A model generated the notes under the pieces. That model was given only the letters and a program-made list of their open reading frames with translations. It did no database searches and was not told the origin of the DNA. From Paraphysomonas bandaiensis (lineage: Eukaryota; Protista; Chrysophyceae): a DNA stretch of 64,000 nucleotides. Positions within the stretch are counted from its first letter, which is position 1. Each line of letters starts with the position of its first letter. Made by a program: the position numbers and the translations under genes. Below, one piece after another: positions 37,454-50,959 of this stretch. The stretch is from NCBI GenBank assembly GCA_965644295.1, contig CBFFRP010000432.1, positions 1 to 64,000 on the forward strand, read 5' to 3'.

Positions 37454-38224
37454 TCAAGTCCAGTGACTTATATCTGGGACTGTTGATGGACGACTCTTTT
37501 TCTTTATCGGGGAGCTCATTAAGCGGTATGATGTCTCACGTTGTGATTGCGCACTGACGCGAACATTATTTCCCTTGTATTTGTATCTCGCATTACGCGA
37601 GATCGTATTACTCCCATACACAAACCCTTCACATCTTTCCGGAATAGTGGATTGTGGACGATAGTAATTCGGATTCTGAAATGAGTCCCTTCCTGATCCT
37701 AAAAATCGACAAAGGAATAAAAAAGTTACACTAGAAAAACAACACATACCAGTTGCAACAAATTTAGGTGGTGGTGAAGTTCGCCGTTTTGGCACAGGAG
37801 AAGGGGGCAATGTCTTGAAACCACGTGAACGAGGAGCATAAGCTGCATCGTAGCCACAAATGATAAATAAATCTCGACCAGAGCCAACAGGTTTATAAGT
37901 TGGAGATGGTATATGCCGCTTTGCACCAGTATAATCTTGCTTACGAACCACCGCTGGTTTAGCATATGATATAGCAGGCATGACTTTATCCTCAGTAACT
38001 TGACAGAATAAGTCCCTTCCAGTTCCGCTGGGCACAAATCTCGGCATTATTGCGGGATGTTTGGCAGGCGCCCCCTTGGGACAAGCGAATTTACACTTCG
38101 GTAATAGCGATGGTGCACGCCCACCGTCTGCGAAGGTAATGAAACTATCCCTCCCCTTCCCATCAGACATATACTTCGGAGGAACACCTGTTGGTCGAGC
38201 AGCCTTAGAGAGATAGCTTGGCAT
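37454..38224 (-). CDS. Basic Pro-rich protein with four G-x-G-R-D repeats (one 51-nt intron)
   Basis: PKYMSDGKGRDSFI, PRFVPSGTGRDLFC, PTYKPVGSGRDLFI, PKFVATG|SGRDSFQ. Removing intron 37699-37749 restores the fourth repeat. Confidence 0.85.
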   Translation of the reverse strand: MPSYLSKAARPTGVPPKYMSDGKGRDSFITFADGGRAPSLLPKCKFACPKGAPAKHPAIMPRFVPSGTGRDLFCQVTEDKVMPAISYAKPAVVRKQDYTGAKRHIPSPTYKPVGSGRDLFIICGYDAAYAPRSRGFKTLPPSPVPKRRTSPPPKFVATGMCCFSSVTFLFLCRFLGSGRDSFQNPNYYRPQSTIPERCEGFVYGSNTISRNARYKYKGNNVRVSAQSQRETSYRLMSSPIKKKSRPSTVPDISHWT

Positions 38225-38752
38225 TTCTGCTACAATGGTGGTGGCAATACCCTATCTACCGTGTTAAAACTGTAAGGACGTATTGCATAAGAATGTCTAT
38301 GGTATAACATCCTGATGAGAGGTGCTGGTGCGATGACTGCGCAAACGCATTAATCCCTCTGCTGAAAAAGCTGTGTGTCCAATCACATCAAAGGAAACTC
38401 ATTACACTTATCTGTGCTGCAGACATGTAACCCGTACCCGGTCGGCAGACCGTGTACTGATAGAGTCGCTGAAGTGCTGTGAAATACTACAAGCAATACA
38501 ATTGCGGTTTCGACTTCGTCAATTGAAGTGTGAGGTGTATCTGCAATATATACAGCACACACCCATGAAGACACTTTCACTCCCTGCGATTGGATTAACC
38601 GGATTGTTCTATGAGTACATGTGAAGTGTAATATGCATATGAGTCATCGTACCTGCAAGTGTATGTAGACAATTCTAAGTATCCACACACACAGAGCAAC
38701 CCTCATATTTATAATATTATCAGTGAATAATAGCCTCTAACTTGTAACACAT

Positions 38753-41700
38753 ATGGAGGCAATTGACGAACTAGAACCTGCGTTAAGTTCCTACATAGAT
38801 GAAATAGCCGGGGAGGGGTTTGAGTCCGATATCCCTGTTAGTGAACAGCAGTTAATTGATGTGGAATTTACACGATTTTTTAATAAAGTAGTGGGAAGAA
38901 TGGAAACAGGTGTAGAGGACATTATCCATCATATACAAACAGCCGATCGCCTCTCTAAAGACGAGTGTGATGAGGATATTGAGCCGGTGGATCTGCCGCG
39001 TATGTTACTGGAAGATATTCGAGCCTTCAGAGACGAGTCTCTTGCGGAGATTTCGAATTTTTTGGATGTGAAATTTACTAAATTTCGTCGATCACTTCAG
39101 GCTACTCGAAAGAAAATGCTGGATAAACTCTATAATACACGAACTGCAGTTACTGAGTTCAAGAGGACTTATGCCTTGGCGGCACAGAAGTGTGAAGAGG
39201 ATCGGCTAAAACATTTAAGAGAGAATACGGAGGCCGCCTATAAAATCAAAATAAATGAGCTAACAGCATCTCGGGATGAATATCGCTCTTCCTATGAATC
39301 AGTGTCTAGCCGTGCAACTGCTATGGAGATGGAAAGAATCGACACGCAGGACAAAATTAGTCGCTTGGAAAAAGAGCTAGGTAGAGCTCGAGTTGACTTA
39401 CTCAAGGTCTTATCCTGAATTTTATTAGTATGAGGACTAACGGTACAACCGCTCTGTCTATTTATATCACAGGGTGCTGCGCAAGTAGAAAGGCTGGAAG
39501 GCACTATTCAGTCTCAACAGAAAGAGATCGATGATCTAACAACTCATAAAATGTTGAGGCAGCAAATGGTGGCACGGAAGCAATCAATCAAGCAGGGAGG
39601 TGGAAAGTCGCCTGCTTCTAAATTGTCTGTGCGACGGTCCTCGTCAATATCATCTGATGATACGTGCTCTAAGTGCAAGGTCTATGAGGAGATGTTGAAT
39701 GGTGCGAAGAAGCAAATTGATGAGGTGATAAGTTTATCATGCTTAAATTTCTTATGTTATTGCTTGTAGCTGGTGAAAGAGAAGAAGCAGATAGAAAGTC
39801 AAAGTATGCTAACACAATCTAGTTTAGATAGTCATGATAGTACTTACCTTCTTGACAATAGCCTTGTAAGTACCCAATCTGCTAAACCCGCCGAAGCGAG
39901 CACTGTCCTTGACAAATCTCCCGACCCTGACATTAGCCCAAGGGGTGCGCAGATTCCCAGTACTTCCCTTTCAGTAGATACGAATGCCAGTGCTGCTCAA
40001 TCGACTGATGAACTGCCAACAGTTCATGAGGAAAACGCTCTGTCAGAAGATAACTCGACTGAGGAAGTGGGCAACTCGGCTCTTCCTCCTATCCTATCAC
40101 CAGGAAACGGCGCTCCAGTCACCCCTGCGGGTGGTACTTCTAATGGGACAGCAGGTACTGCAAAATCCACCGAATTGGTTCAAAATAAGGTTGCGGAAGA
40201 CTCGTTTCCTGTACCCAAAGCCCTCAAACCACCCCCTGGAAATGTTGTTTTACCACCTCCAGATCCTGATTTAGTAATGGCTGCGCAAGTCATCACCCCT
40301 ACTTATGTGCGCCGTGGTTCATCCAGATTTTTATCAGAGCAGCGTTCTAGAACTATCGATACAACGCAATTCGACGATTCTCCTAGAGACATATCTCAGC
40401 CGGCAACTCCAGAAAATGTGGTTTTTGTAAAGTCACCGGAGATCCAGCTTGTGAGGCGGTCGCCTAGTGATGCGGAAGTGTTGAGTGAGGCGTCAAAAGA
40501 CCCACCTGTTAGTGTTCCCACCAAGGAAGATAACCCTATATCTGTAGAAGAGACAGACGAACGTGTTGCTGAGGAGTATCAAACAGCTACTCAAGCCTTG
40601 GAGAAGCAACGTCTTTCCCTCCGCCAGCAAGTTGTGGATGCGGACGATGTTGGTATAGAACACACTGCCACCAATGATATGATAGACTCTGAGGCCGTGT
40701 CTTCCTGGTTGAAGGCTCCCGTGCCACAAGTCTTGTCACAGGGAACAACTCAAATGGAAGACTCAATTTTTACTGGGACGGTCCGTACTACATATTCTTG
40801 AATTGTTTATATATGATATATGCATGTATGTTGCTACAGCACTTCACGTGGCTAGTATCATGTATTTTATCAGTGTATATTAGGCTGTCGATATGTGCGC
40901 TTACTCTATTTGTATACTGCAGAGTCAAAACGATATGAGTGAATCAGTACTTCGAATGCTTCAAGAATCCATCAGTGCGCAGAGGGCTTTGGAAGCAGAA
41001 AACTCAAAACTCCGAGTTGAAAATGAACGGCTTGATAAACGTGTAGAAGAAATGATCACGTTTGTGCGGACGCAGGATCATATTTATTCTTTGAAACTTA
41101 AAGAGCGCGACCTATTGCTGAAGGAATTGACTGAACAAGTTCACGAGCTTCGTACTCAAGTGGTTAGAGATAAGAAACTCCTGCATGATATAGAGCGCGG
41201 AACGACGTCGCTTCCAACGTTGCAAGTGAAGAAGAGGCGGTTCAAGAGAACTAATAGTCAAGATATACCTCGAAAGGTACCCCGTAAAAATTTGTTAATT
41301 CATCAAATTGATAAATTTTGTGCGATTAGGAGGCGCATCTCTACAAATTGGATATTCGAATGGATGACACCACCCCTACTCTTTTACCTCGTCCTATGAC
41401 AGCCTCTGCTTCACGAAAGCTAATGACCATGGCCGAACGCCCTTCTACCTCACCTGGGCTGTCTAACACCAGGGATCAGTCAACGCCGGTCAATATATCA
41501 CATAGTCTAAAGACGTTCTGTGGTTCGGCATCTCCCAACAAAGCAGCTTTATTTACGAGTTCAGGGAGAGGAGCCTATGAAAATTGTGAACTTGTAGTGG
41601 ACGGTGATATGACATACGATCTGCAGTCCAAAGCTCCATATATGACAGCAGAATCGGAATCACGACAAAACAATGTGTAAGTCATTCTTTTGTGCACTGA

Positions 41701-41819
41701 TGTTTTGTGATGTCGCCGTGTGCAGGAAAAAGGAGGCTGCGGAGTTAAGGAAGAAAATAGCTTTACTTATTGCTCACCAAGAAATTGTAATGAAGCGTGT
41801 AAATGTTGGACACAAATAA
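38753..41819 (+). CDS. Hypothetical multi-exon coiled-coil / low-complexity protein
   Basis: ORFs at 38753, 39551, 39773, 40893 and 41348 are separated by GT-AG introns. Last exon V|KKEAAELRKK...GHK*. Confidence 0.75.
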
Positions 41820-44616
41820 TAGGAACTGTGGACGTCCGTGCGTATTTTTGTTAGGAAATAGTGATTTGTGTGTGTTAGTGACTTGGGTTTTGAATAGCAA
41901 ATGACAGTAAGCTTGTTGTTCAAACTATCTGGTACTTTGTGTCATTGGGTTAAATAATGATATATAAACTCCAATTTTTTGCCGTAATCTTGAATCGTTG
42001 TTGTATTCATTGTGAGTTTAGCTGTACTTGGACGTTTACAGTGAACTAGATGGATGCCTATTCATACAATAGAGGTTATCAGTTTATACTCCTCTGTACA
42101 TTCCTCGTGTTAAACTGTACAACGTTATAATATCATTGTGATACTCTACGTCGAACGTGGACTGGAGACGTTGTGTCACGTCGCTCTACCATTAGGTTCG
42201 TGATTACGTGAATCCTGATCTTTCATATATTTGGTTTTTGTGTTTGGTATCCGTCAGTTATGCCTCGTGATGAATTGAGAGGAATTGTTGAGCTTTGCTG
42301 TTCGAGAGAAATCAAAAGCTGTAGTTCTAATGTATTAGAATAATAGTGATCGTTACATGAAGATACAGTAGTGATTAACTGAGGTATTAAATAAAATATT
42401 GAGGTGATAAAAATAGTTGTGAAACTGAAATATACTGAATGTATAAGATCGTGTCTAAATAAGAAAGACCGTATGAAAATGATTGGTAACTGAGATAACA
42501 TGTGAATGACAAGGAATTATAAGTGAGATTGATCATAATTTATAATTAAAGCATTGAGTACGTATCACGCTCAGTTAATAAGCTTCAACCACCGAAATAA
42601 TGTCAAATATTGACATGATGATCTGATTTTGAGAGGTGAGTCATCATTGTGGCTTCCCTATAATTACATCATTCAAATGACTGTTAATATCATAGTTAGA
42701 TAGAAGATTGTTTCTGTTCGAAGACATTTCATATCATATCTGAATGTCTACATTTTCCTGGTGCTGATATGAGCGTTCTGTTGAACAAAATTCAGATCAA
42801 GATGACGATACTGATATAAGAAAACAATCCCCTGAACTGGTTCTTCATTCTACCATTACATACTTCTCACACAACAGATCATTCTTTCTGAAAAGACTCA
42901 TCCGAAACATCACTCCTTTACGTTATCGTGTTGCCGTGCACTGAGCAACATCATTCGAAACATCGTAACTCGGGTCTCGAATGCCATGAACCATGAATTA
43001 CACAAAAAAAGTATGTCAGAGTCAGGCGAAAATGAAAAATTTGATTGAAAAGCTTGCTAACTGTTACTTACATTACAATCAACAACACTGACTTGGAACG
43101 ATTCGTGGTTTCAGTTTCCGCTCTGTTTTAGTGTATCATCCAAATATACATGCCCTCCAAGATAGTCTAAGGAGTAAGTCAAGAACAAATGAGGAATCTC
43201 TCTGCCAACATTGCCAGAAACTATCACAATTTTTTATTATCTATGGGTTAGGGTTAGTGTGGAACCGTCAGCTCACTAAAAGTATTCAACGAAAAAGTAT
43301 TGGTTTGCTGCGTATGCCCCAAGTGGTCACGAGAATTTCCACAAGAAAGCACCAACATTGTCATAGTACACATTATTCCCCTTCGAAAACAAAATTTTCA
43401 ATATCACAGAATGTTAGAAGTATTCTAACGTGAGCATCAACATACAGATAAAATGTATATGGCCACAGATGCTAATTATCACTATTCATCACATAACCAT
43501 ACGACTACTACCAATGGCATACTAATTTGTCAAATATATAACTTACAAAGTAGCGGCATCCGCTAAAAGTAGCCTCATATTAATACATACATGTGTGATA
43601 GGGTGAATCTTCTCCCTTATTAACGCGTGCATGAGAACGTTTGAAACATACTGAAACACTTAGAAACGTTCTAGTAGAAACTGTTGATGAATAAGGCGCC
43701 CATGCCTGAAACAGTACATTTCATCTATTTCTTGTATGAGTCTATTAATTAAAGCAGCTTTCTAACTATATAATATCACTTTTATTCATTTTACAGCATT
43801 CACGAAGCTAATAAAACACTGGTCAACCTAATCTGTCGACTTGTCAAACACTTCACACATAAGCACTTAATTCGTCTACTAGGTCTCATCACCAAATATA
43901 CCAAGAGGAAGCATCAACATTCATAATCTTAGTATTATTCAACACTGTACGGGCTCCTAGACTAAGGGCATTTGTTGGAAGTATTTTCAGAGACGGCCTG
44001 AATTCAGACTCATGGCAACACATAGTCACACGAGAAGAGTAGTCGTAGTAGAACATACATGTTGAGCCCCCTTATAATTCACAGCAATCACTGCGCATAT
44101 ACTCTACACAAGCCCCACTTGAAACCGAACAATAAGCGCAATCACTGAACGCAATTCATCTCGTTCGCTACCTAAATACATGTGTTCATATATATATACA
44201 TATGACAGCATAGGCTACTGATAATGCCACTTATGATCTGAGTTCTTAGTAGGAAGCAATGGCTGCAAACACAGCACTATCCTCATATTGACAGTATCAC
44301 ATTCTAATTGTAGCACTTTCTACTATAGAACTACGAGTGACAGCACTGGCATTGAGGTGCACGTGTCGGATGATATCTACAGCACATACTGCTGTGGAAT
44401 ATGCATGAGCTACAAAGTTTTTTCCTACTTTTTTATGATTGTCGCACACTTCTACAGAGTTCTAGAGTAGATTTTCGGGTTTCGTCGGGATATTTCCCCC
44501 CTTTTTTCTTGAAATGGTGTTTTCTAGTTTCCAGCCCAACTTCCCATAATAATAATTGCAGTTGTCAGAGCAACATTTCACCTCTGCATTTTCTATTACT
44601 TCATACTGGCTCAAGA

Positions 44617-45338
44617 ATGGCAAGTTTCGTACGTATATCTTTTATTATCACGGCCCTGGTGTCTGCGCTGGTGAGTGCAGATGATGAGAGCGCAACAAAA
44701 TCCAGCGATGTGGTGATATTAACCACAAAAAACTTTGAAATGGAAACGCAAGCATCCACCGGAGCTACCACTGGAGACTGGCTAGTTGAATTTTATGCAC
44801 CTTGGTGTGGACATTGTAAGCGGCTGCAGCCGATATGGGAGGAATTGGCAACGGAGTTGAAAGGTGATGTAAACGTGGGGAAGGTTGATGTCACGGGAAA
44901 CAGACCATTGGGCTCCAGGTTAGATAATGGTTTTATTTCATCTCTTCCTGTAACGTTTTGCGTAGATTTGAAATTAAAGGGTTCCCAACGATTAAATTCT
45001 TTCACCATGGTAAAGTATATAGCTACCAAGGCCGCCGAACAAAAGAGGACTTTATTGCATTTGTTAAGGGTGGATACAAAGATGCCACAGGAAGCGATGT
45101 TCCTCCCATGCCCACTTGGCTTGATGAGATTACTAAGTCGATAACTGATCCGTTTAAGGCCGCGGTCAAAGATATTAACAACGGAAAGTACTTCACACCG
45201 AATGTCTTCGTCGTAGCGATGCCCATACTGGTTCTTGTGGTCATTACTTTCACAATACTCGTCTTGCCTGAGCCTGTTGCCACCCCTAGAAAATTCAGAG
45301 CCAGTGATGCACTTAAGAAAGACGAGAAAAAAGATTAG
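44617..45338 (+). CDS. Membrane-anchored thioredoxin/PDI-family protein (2 exons)
   Basis: Signal peptide, [13 protein letters not shown], intron 44919-44965, [10 protein letters not shown]-terminal TM helix and lysine-rich tail KKDEKKD. Confidence 0.93.
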
Positions 45339-46047
45339 ATAGTGGTATTGGTGTTTGATACACAACTCTTTGTGATGCAGCACTTATTTCATGTGCTTTT
45401 CGGTAGCCCGTTCGTTCTTGGGAGTAGCTACCTGTAATACTGAAAGCCGTCTCATTATTTCCAAGTGAATTACGGACTATTGTACTTAGCATAGTTGTAT
45501 CAAACGTAGAATTAACTATTAGACTGATAATACGACTGCAATAGTGTCTGACAAAATTAGACTTCCCTACACAAATATCGAAGAATATACCACCTCAAGC
45601 ATACTCCTTCCAACAATATATACATCAAAAATAAAGATGTGGTATTTAATAAGATCAGGGTAAACGAAAATTAATCTATCAATATACATTAAAGAGTATG
45701 CTCCTCCACCGCTTATGCAGTGCTCCTCTAATTCCTTTGGTTCCAGTTTCGCAACTGTACTCCCAATCCGGAGTGTTAACGCGCTAGCTTCAACTCATTT
45801 TTTGACTGATAGAGAATTAACAATCGTTTTCGTACCCTCACATAGCAGTGATATACAGAGTGTGTATAGTGTATGCATGTATACTATACACTATTGATGC
45901 ATACATGCGTACTATTTGCATTATGTCATCGAGTAGCACAGTAAAATATTGATCAAGATCATTTTATCACATTATTAATCACTAACTACACCAAGCAGTA
46001 ATATCTATCACCAGATGCTCCTCCCATTTGCACGTTTGACTCCAGCA

Positions 46048-46665
46048 CTATGGAATAGGCTTGATTTTGAAGTGCAGAGTAATGAGTGAGAACACAAGGC
46101 ACTTCAAGTCTTGGACCAAGTAGTAAAAAATTCGCAGACCCTCAGGATCATTGCTTTCTTGTACATTCAATAGTGATCCAATCTTGGCACACTGAAAACA
46201 AGCAATACAATTAATAGTGGCATCGGATGCTGCAAGTAGCTAATTTACCGCGAAAGATATGTGATCGTTGCCTATCTTTATCTCAAGTTCCTGGCGGCCT
46301 ACCCTATCTGGCGCAGGCCAGTTGCGATCATCTTCTTTCGTTACCTCGCTATCCAATATGATTCTTTTGATTTCCTCCATCACAGTTGGGCTCAATGTGA
46401 CTAACACAGTATATAAGTGACCACAAATCAACATATCAATCGTCTAACCTTCTTTACGAATCATGACGTCATTCTTGTAGTTAGAATTGTTCGCATATCG
46501 TAATTTTCCATTTGGTGTGATCTCGAACTCCATGAACTCATGACCAAACTTGCCTTTATGGCCCACACTGAACACATAACAAGACAATTACAAGTTAATG
46601 TATACCAAGGACTGAGTTCGAAATGATATCACTTACTAATAACGGCAATAAAATTCTTCGTCCAT
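46048..46665 (-). CDS. MAGOH: Mago nashi, exon junction complex core protein (4 exons)
   Basis: Exons 46665-46637, 46567-46449, 46400-46249 and 46191-46048 give [21 protein letters not shown]...[12 protein letters not shown]...[14 protein letters not shown]...[26 protein letters not shown]. Confidence 0.98.
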
Positions 46666-46810
46666 TCAATACTTTGGGGGTTGTTTCGATATTCAACTGA
46701 GAGATACTTGCTTGTTATTTAGCTAGTACTTATTAGTGCCCTGAGCATAAACATATAATGCAGCCACTGTAGTGTTGCTGCAGCGGTACATTGTTATCAC
46801 TGTATTCGTG

Positions 46811-47114
46811 TGTATGTATGTATGTATGTATGTATGTATGTATGTATGTATGTATGTATGTATGTATGTATGTATGTATGTATGTATGTATGTATGTATG
46901 TATGTATGTATGTATGTATGTATGTATGTATGTATGTATGTATGTATGTATGTATGTATGTATGTATGTATGTATGTATGTATGTATGTATGTATGTATG
47001 TATGTATGTATGTATGTATGTATGTATGTATGTATGTATGTATGTATGTATGTATGTATGTATGTATGTATGTATGTATGTATGTATGTATGTATGTATA
47101 TGTATGTATGTATG

Positions 47115-47148
<34 letters not shown>

Positions 47149-47231
47149 TGTATGTATGTATGTATGTATGTATGTATGTATGTATGTATGTATGTTTGTA
47201 TGTATGTATGTATGTATGTATGTATGTATGT
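46811..47231. repeat. (TATG)n microsatellite, ~420 bp
   Basis: Directly visible, with a few variant units near 47097-47120 and 47195. Confidence 0.99.
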
Positions 47232-49557
47232 TCCTACCAGACAAGTCCAGAAAAACGAGAAAAGTTCTCACTCATCATCACCACTCACTATTCCCCACAC
47301 CCTCAGATTAAAGAATGACGGCAATTTATTTTTTTCTCCCATTTTTACTATTTTTACCCTAAAAATACAGCATTCTATTAAGAAAAGGGTAGATGTAAAA
47401 AAGTAATTTATTGCATACGGTTTACCCCAATAATGGAGCTCTATCTGTGGAAGAGATAAAAGACGTGATAGACACATTAAAAGATAGCAACAAATACAAG
47501 ACAATATCGACATAAGACAGCAATGTCACAACCCTTTAAAGGAAAGATAAGACGAGGTTTATTCGTGGCATCATTAAGTGGGTTATTCCAGTCGTTATTA
47601 AGCATCTTATTGAGCAAGCAGGCGATCTGGTAAGTATGAAGAAGAAGAGCAGTAGAAGGCCAAAAGTTGACTTAAATATACGGAGTCTATGTATATTTAT
47701 ACTCATAGAGCGTATAACTTTTATCTTTTCTATAGTGAGAGTATGGAAATATGTACAGAGTTGAAACACATTGACACACGCTCACACCCTTAATATGCAT
47801 ATCACCAGTATTCATCACAGTGAGCCCTTGAGCCGAGTGCACCTTCATAGATATCGTAAAAACATATAAATCATAAGTATATATACTGTGACAGCAGGTA
47901 ACCCAAGAAATAATAATAATAAGCTTGTAATTTACTATTCCAATACAGATATAGTTCTCCTCTATATGTCAACCACCAGAGGCTGTTAGGTGACCTCCAG
48001 ATGATGAAAAACATGACAAGTACATTGTATACAATATGAACATTGTATGTTTAGCTATATTTTGGCTTTATACACATGTTGACACGTATGGAAACTCTTT
48101 TCACACCAACTACTAATTGTACATTATACCCCAATCACAAGCACTTACATGCACCACCCCATCAGCCCCCATATCACCCCCAGAGGAAACCAAAGCATCA
48201 AAGTACACTCTATGCTATGTCTATAATGCTTTTATAATCTTGAAAATATATATATATATTATAACAATTGAATATTATGCACTCCTCTCTCCTAATTCTG
48301 CGTATTGCCTAGGTATAGCCACTAGCCAAGGCACCCATGTATGCTACCTCATTGCCTTACAACCTCCCCTCAGTACCCCTGTATGCTTTTATTATATTAT
48401 TACCCCATTATGGAGTTGGTTGTAGTTTAATGTGTGGATATAACTCAATACATACGCACTACAAAATCTATAAATATTAAAACTACCGGAAACTTTCTCG
48501 GACAGCACTTCAACACCCCCAAGCGATGATTCAAACACTTAATTACGGAAATAATAATCATAGGCAAGATTGGCTTACTAAAAATATATATATCCAAACT
48601 AATCGAAGTTAATTTCTTTGCTTTCTCATTTAGAAATTCATGTACACCTTTGTGCCAAGTTTAAACCTTTCACAAGTTGTACATTCCATGAAGCTTTGGA
48701 CTATAATTCTTGATACTGGATAGTTCTTGACTTGGATCACTATCAATAATAACTCTTGTTTTGTCCTCTCGATATATATGCTTCTAATTGATCTTATGAA
48801 GGTTTTGGTACATCCCGATATTTAACGTTTCAACACATGCAAACATTAAAAAGTAATTTGACGGCATCACTGACATTGCCGTTCGGCATACGCATCAACA
48901 CGTCTCTCAACTGTAGCACTACAAAGGCTTGCTTCGATTGCCAATCAATTCGAAGGCAGTGGCCACAGTCAATGCATTTCCTGGCTCGGATCGCAAAAAC
49001 AACAACTGACAGGCATTAAGCACTCCCCCATCACCTGTTTGTGCACATCTCTATGAAACTACAACAATTCTAATTATCATCAATCAATTTACACTGCCCT
49101 GACTGACCCTGGTAAGTGTAATACCAGACACCTTTGTGGCAACCGTAGTGGAGTATGAAGCCACCCAATGAGAGGTAGGGGATATTAGACTGCCTAGTAT
49201 CGATACTTAAACAGTTCTTAGGTGTTGTCATCGCGCCTTATGGTGGCCACTGGAACATATTTGTTATTTCATGACGTTCGCTTATTCACTGGGAATACTG
49301 ACCTGATTACACACGGTAGATATTGTCAGTAAGGCACATAGTAGTAATAAGAGTCCTCTACAAGAATATATATATACATAAGTACTTTTACGCAGCCATA
49401 CGCTCGATATGGTCGTTAAGAGGGACGTACATTAACGCTGAATCACGTACATAAACGCTGAATTCTGCAGACCAGAATATCTCCACTGCAACCCCCCCCC
49501 TACACACACTCCCATACAAAAAAAACAGAATTCATTTTTCTGGACTTGTGTGGTAGG

Positions 49558-49558
<1 letters not shown>
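47232..49558. mobile_element. Non-autonomous or decayed TIR element embedded in (TATG)n
   Basis: 47232-47255 tcctaccagacaagtccagaaaaa is the reverse complement (1 mismatch in 24) of 49535-49558 tttttctggacttgtgtggtagga. Each end abuts a (TATG)n array. No intact ORF inside. Confidence 0.85.
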
Positions 49559-49588
<30 letters not shown>

Positions 49589-49755
49589 TGTATGTATGTA
49601 TGTATGTATGTATGTATGTATGTATGTATGTATGTATGTATGTATGTATGTATGTATGTATGTATGTATGTATGTATGTATGTATGTATGTATGTATGTA
49701 TGTATGTATGTATGTATGTATGTATGTATGTATGTATGTATGTATGTATGTATGT
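49559..49755. repeat. (TATG)n microsatellite, ~197 bp
   Basis: Directly visible; same orientation as the left array. Confidence 0.99.
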
Positions 49756-49797
49756 GGTATCATTCGCCGCACAACACTGCTGCAGGCATGGCAGTCA

Positions 49798-49917
49798 GCA
49801 TCTTATTTTCGGGAATATATTGAAGCAAATATACTCTATATTTCTGAGATACAGATAATTGTTGTCTCAATATTAGAGGCATCTATGAACAAAAATATAC
49901 AAAGGATGCCGATACGG
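49798..49917 (+). repeat. Dispersed repeat, copy 2 (matches 27689-27826)
   Basis: Same shared sequence as copy 1, but lacks a ~17-bp internal segment. Confidence 0.85.
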
Positions 49918-50959
49918 TAGGAATTCCTATCTGTTCAGCAGTGGATTGCTCCTCATGGGGATGGATTTTGGGTTCTTCAACGTGGCGTGTCTCATGTTTC
50001 TTTGAGCGCTGGCATTCATTATGAACATTGATTGTATGCACCGACAGGCTCTACTTGAAGGTAGTGAATCCTCGGATTGACAAACACATACCAAAGTACA
50101 CACTGAGGAGAATAGATACTGTTGAACAATAACTTAGTGTTTATGGGTATAGGATGGTGAAGTGCTGAATTTACTACTACTTCACCACCCTATACCCATC
50201 AACAGAAGCAGTAGTACAATGCAACAAGAGCTGGTAAGGAGTCTTTCTTAAGCATCGACTTGGTATAACGTAGTTTATCACGGATATGTAAGTGTAATTG
50301 ATATGAGATAATAGAAATGAATCGTATCCGTTGAATACAGACTACCTTGGCTCGACGTTGAAGACTTAGGACTTAGAATTAAACAACCTAGAATTTAAAG
50401 GATGAATTAAACTTTACTACAGTTACATGCATAACTAATAACAAACCATCAATCTTTGTGTTTCAACTATGACGACAGATTATATAATTCGTAATATGTA
50501 ACCTTTATAAAAAAATTAATATACTTCTGCATTCGAACACGGCACTTCTTCTGCCACCTGGAGAAGTTCTTCGCATCAAATTTCGGCATTGAGTCTTCTC
50601 GTTTGTCGAATCCGAGTCGGTTGAGTCGTAACTTGTAACTCTAACTGACATCACGCTACCAAATAAAGAATGATTGATCTTTATAATAGTAAAACAATGT
50701 TGTGATGATTAGAGTGTAAGTAATGAACACGATAGAGTGAGAATTATGAATGACAATATAGAACATAACTATCATGCACAACGAAATAGTTAGAAGTGTA
50801 ACTGATAATGGCGACGTTATGATGACGATCATGTATCTTCGACAGATACTCTCTCTAATTCAGTTCATGATATATTTCATTGAACATTATAACTCACAGA
50901 TACAATCTTGTATTAAGCTGAATCCTTATAAACACTGAGTAGTTTTCAATGATCTCATA

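Noticed and set aside
43245-43257. Telomere-like GGGTTAGGGTTAG
   Set aside because: Only two units; expected by chance.
46765-46790. Possible outer inverted repeat with 49760-49785 flanking the TATG arrays
   Set aside because: Only about 12-14 matching bases with gaps, and similar CTGCAG/GTGTTG words recur in other spacers.
46723-47406. YVCM/YIHT-repeat ORFs (also 49500-49920)
   Set aside because: They are translations of the (TATG)n microsatellite, which has no stop codons.
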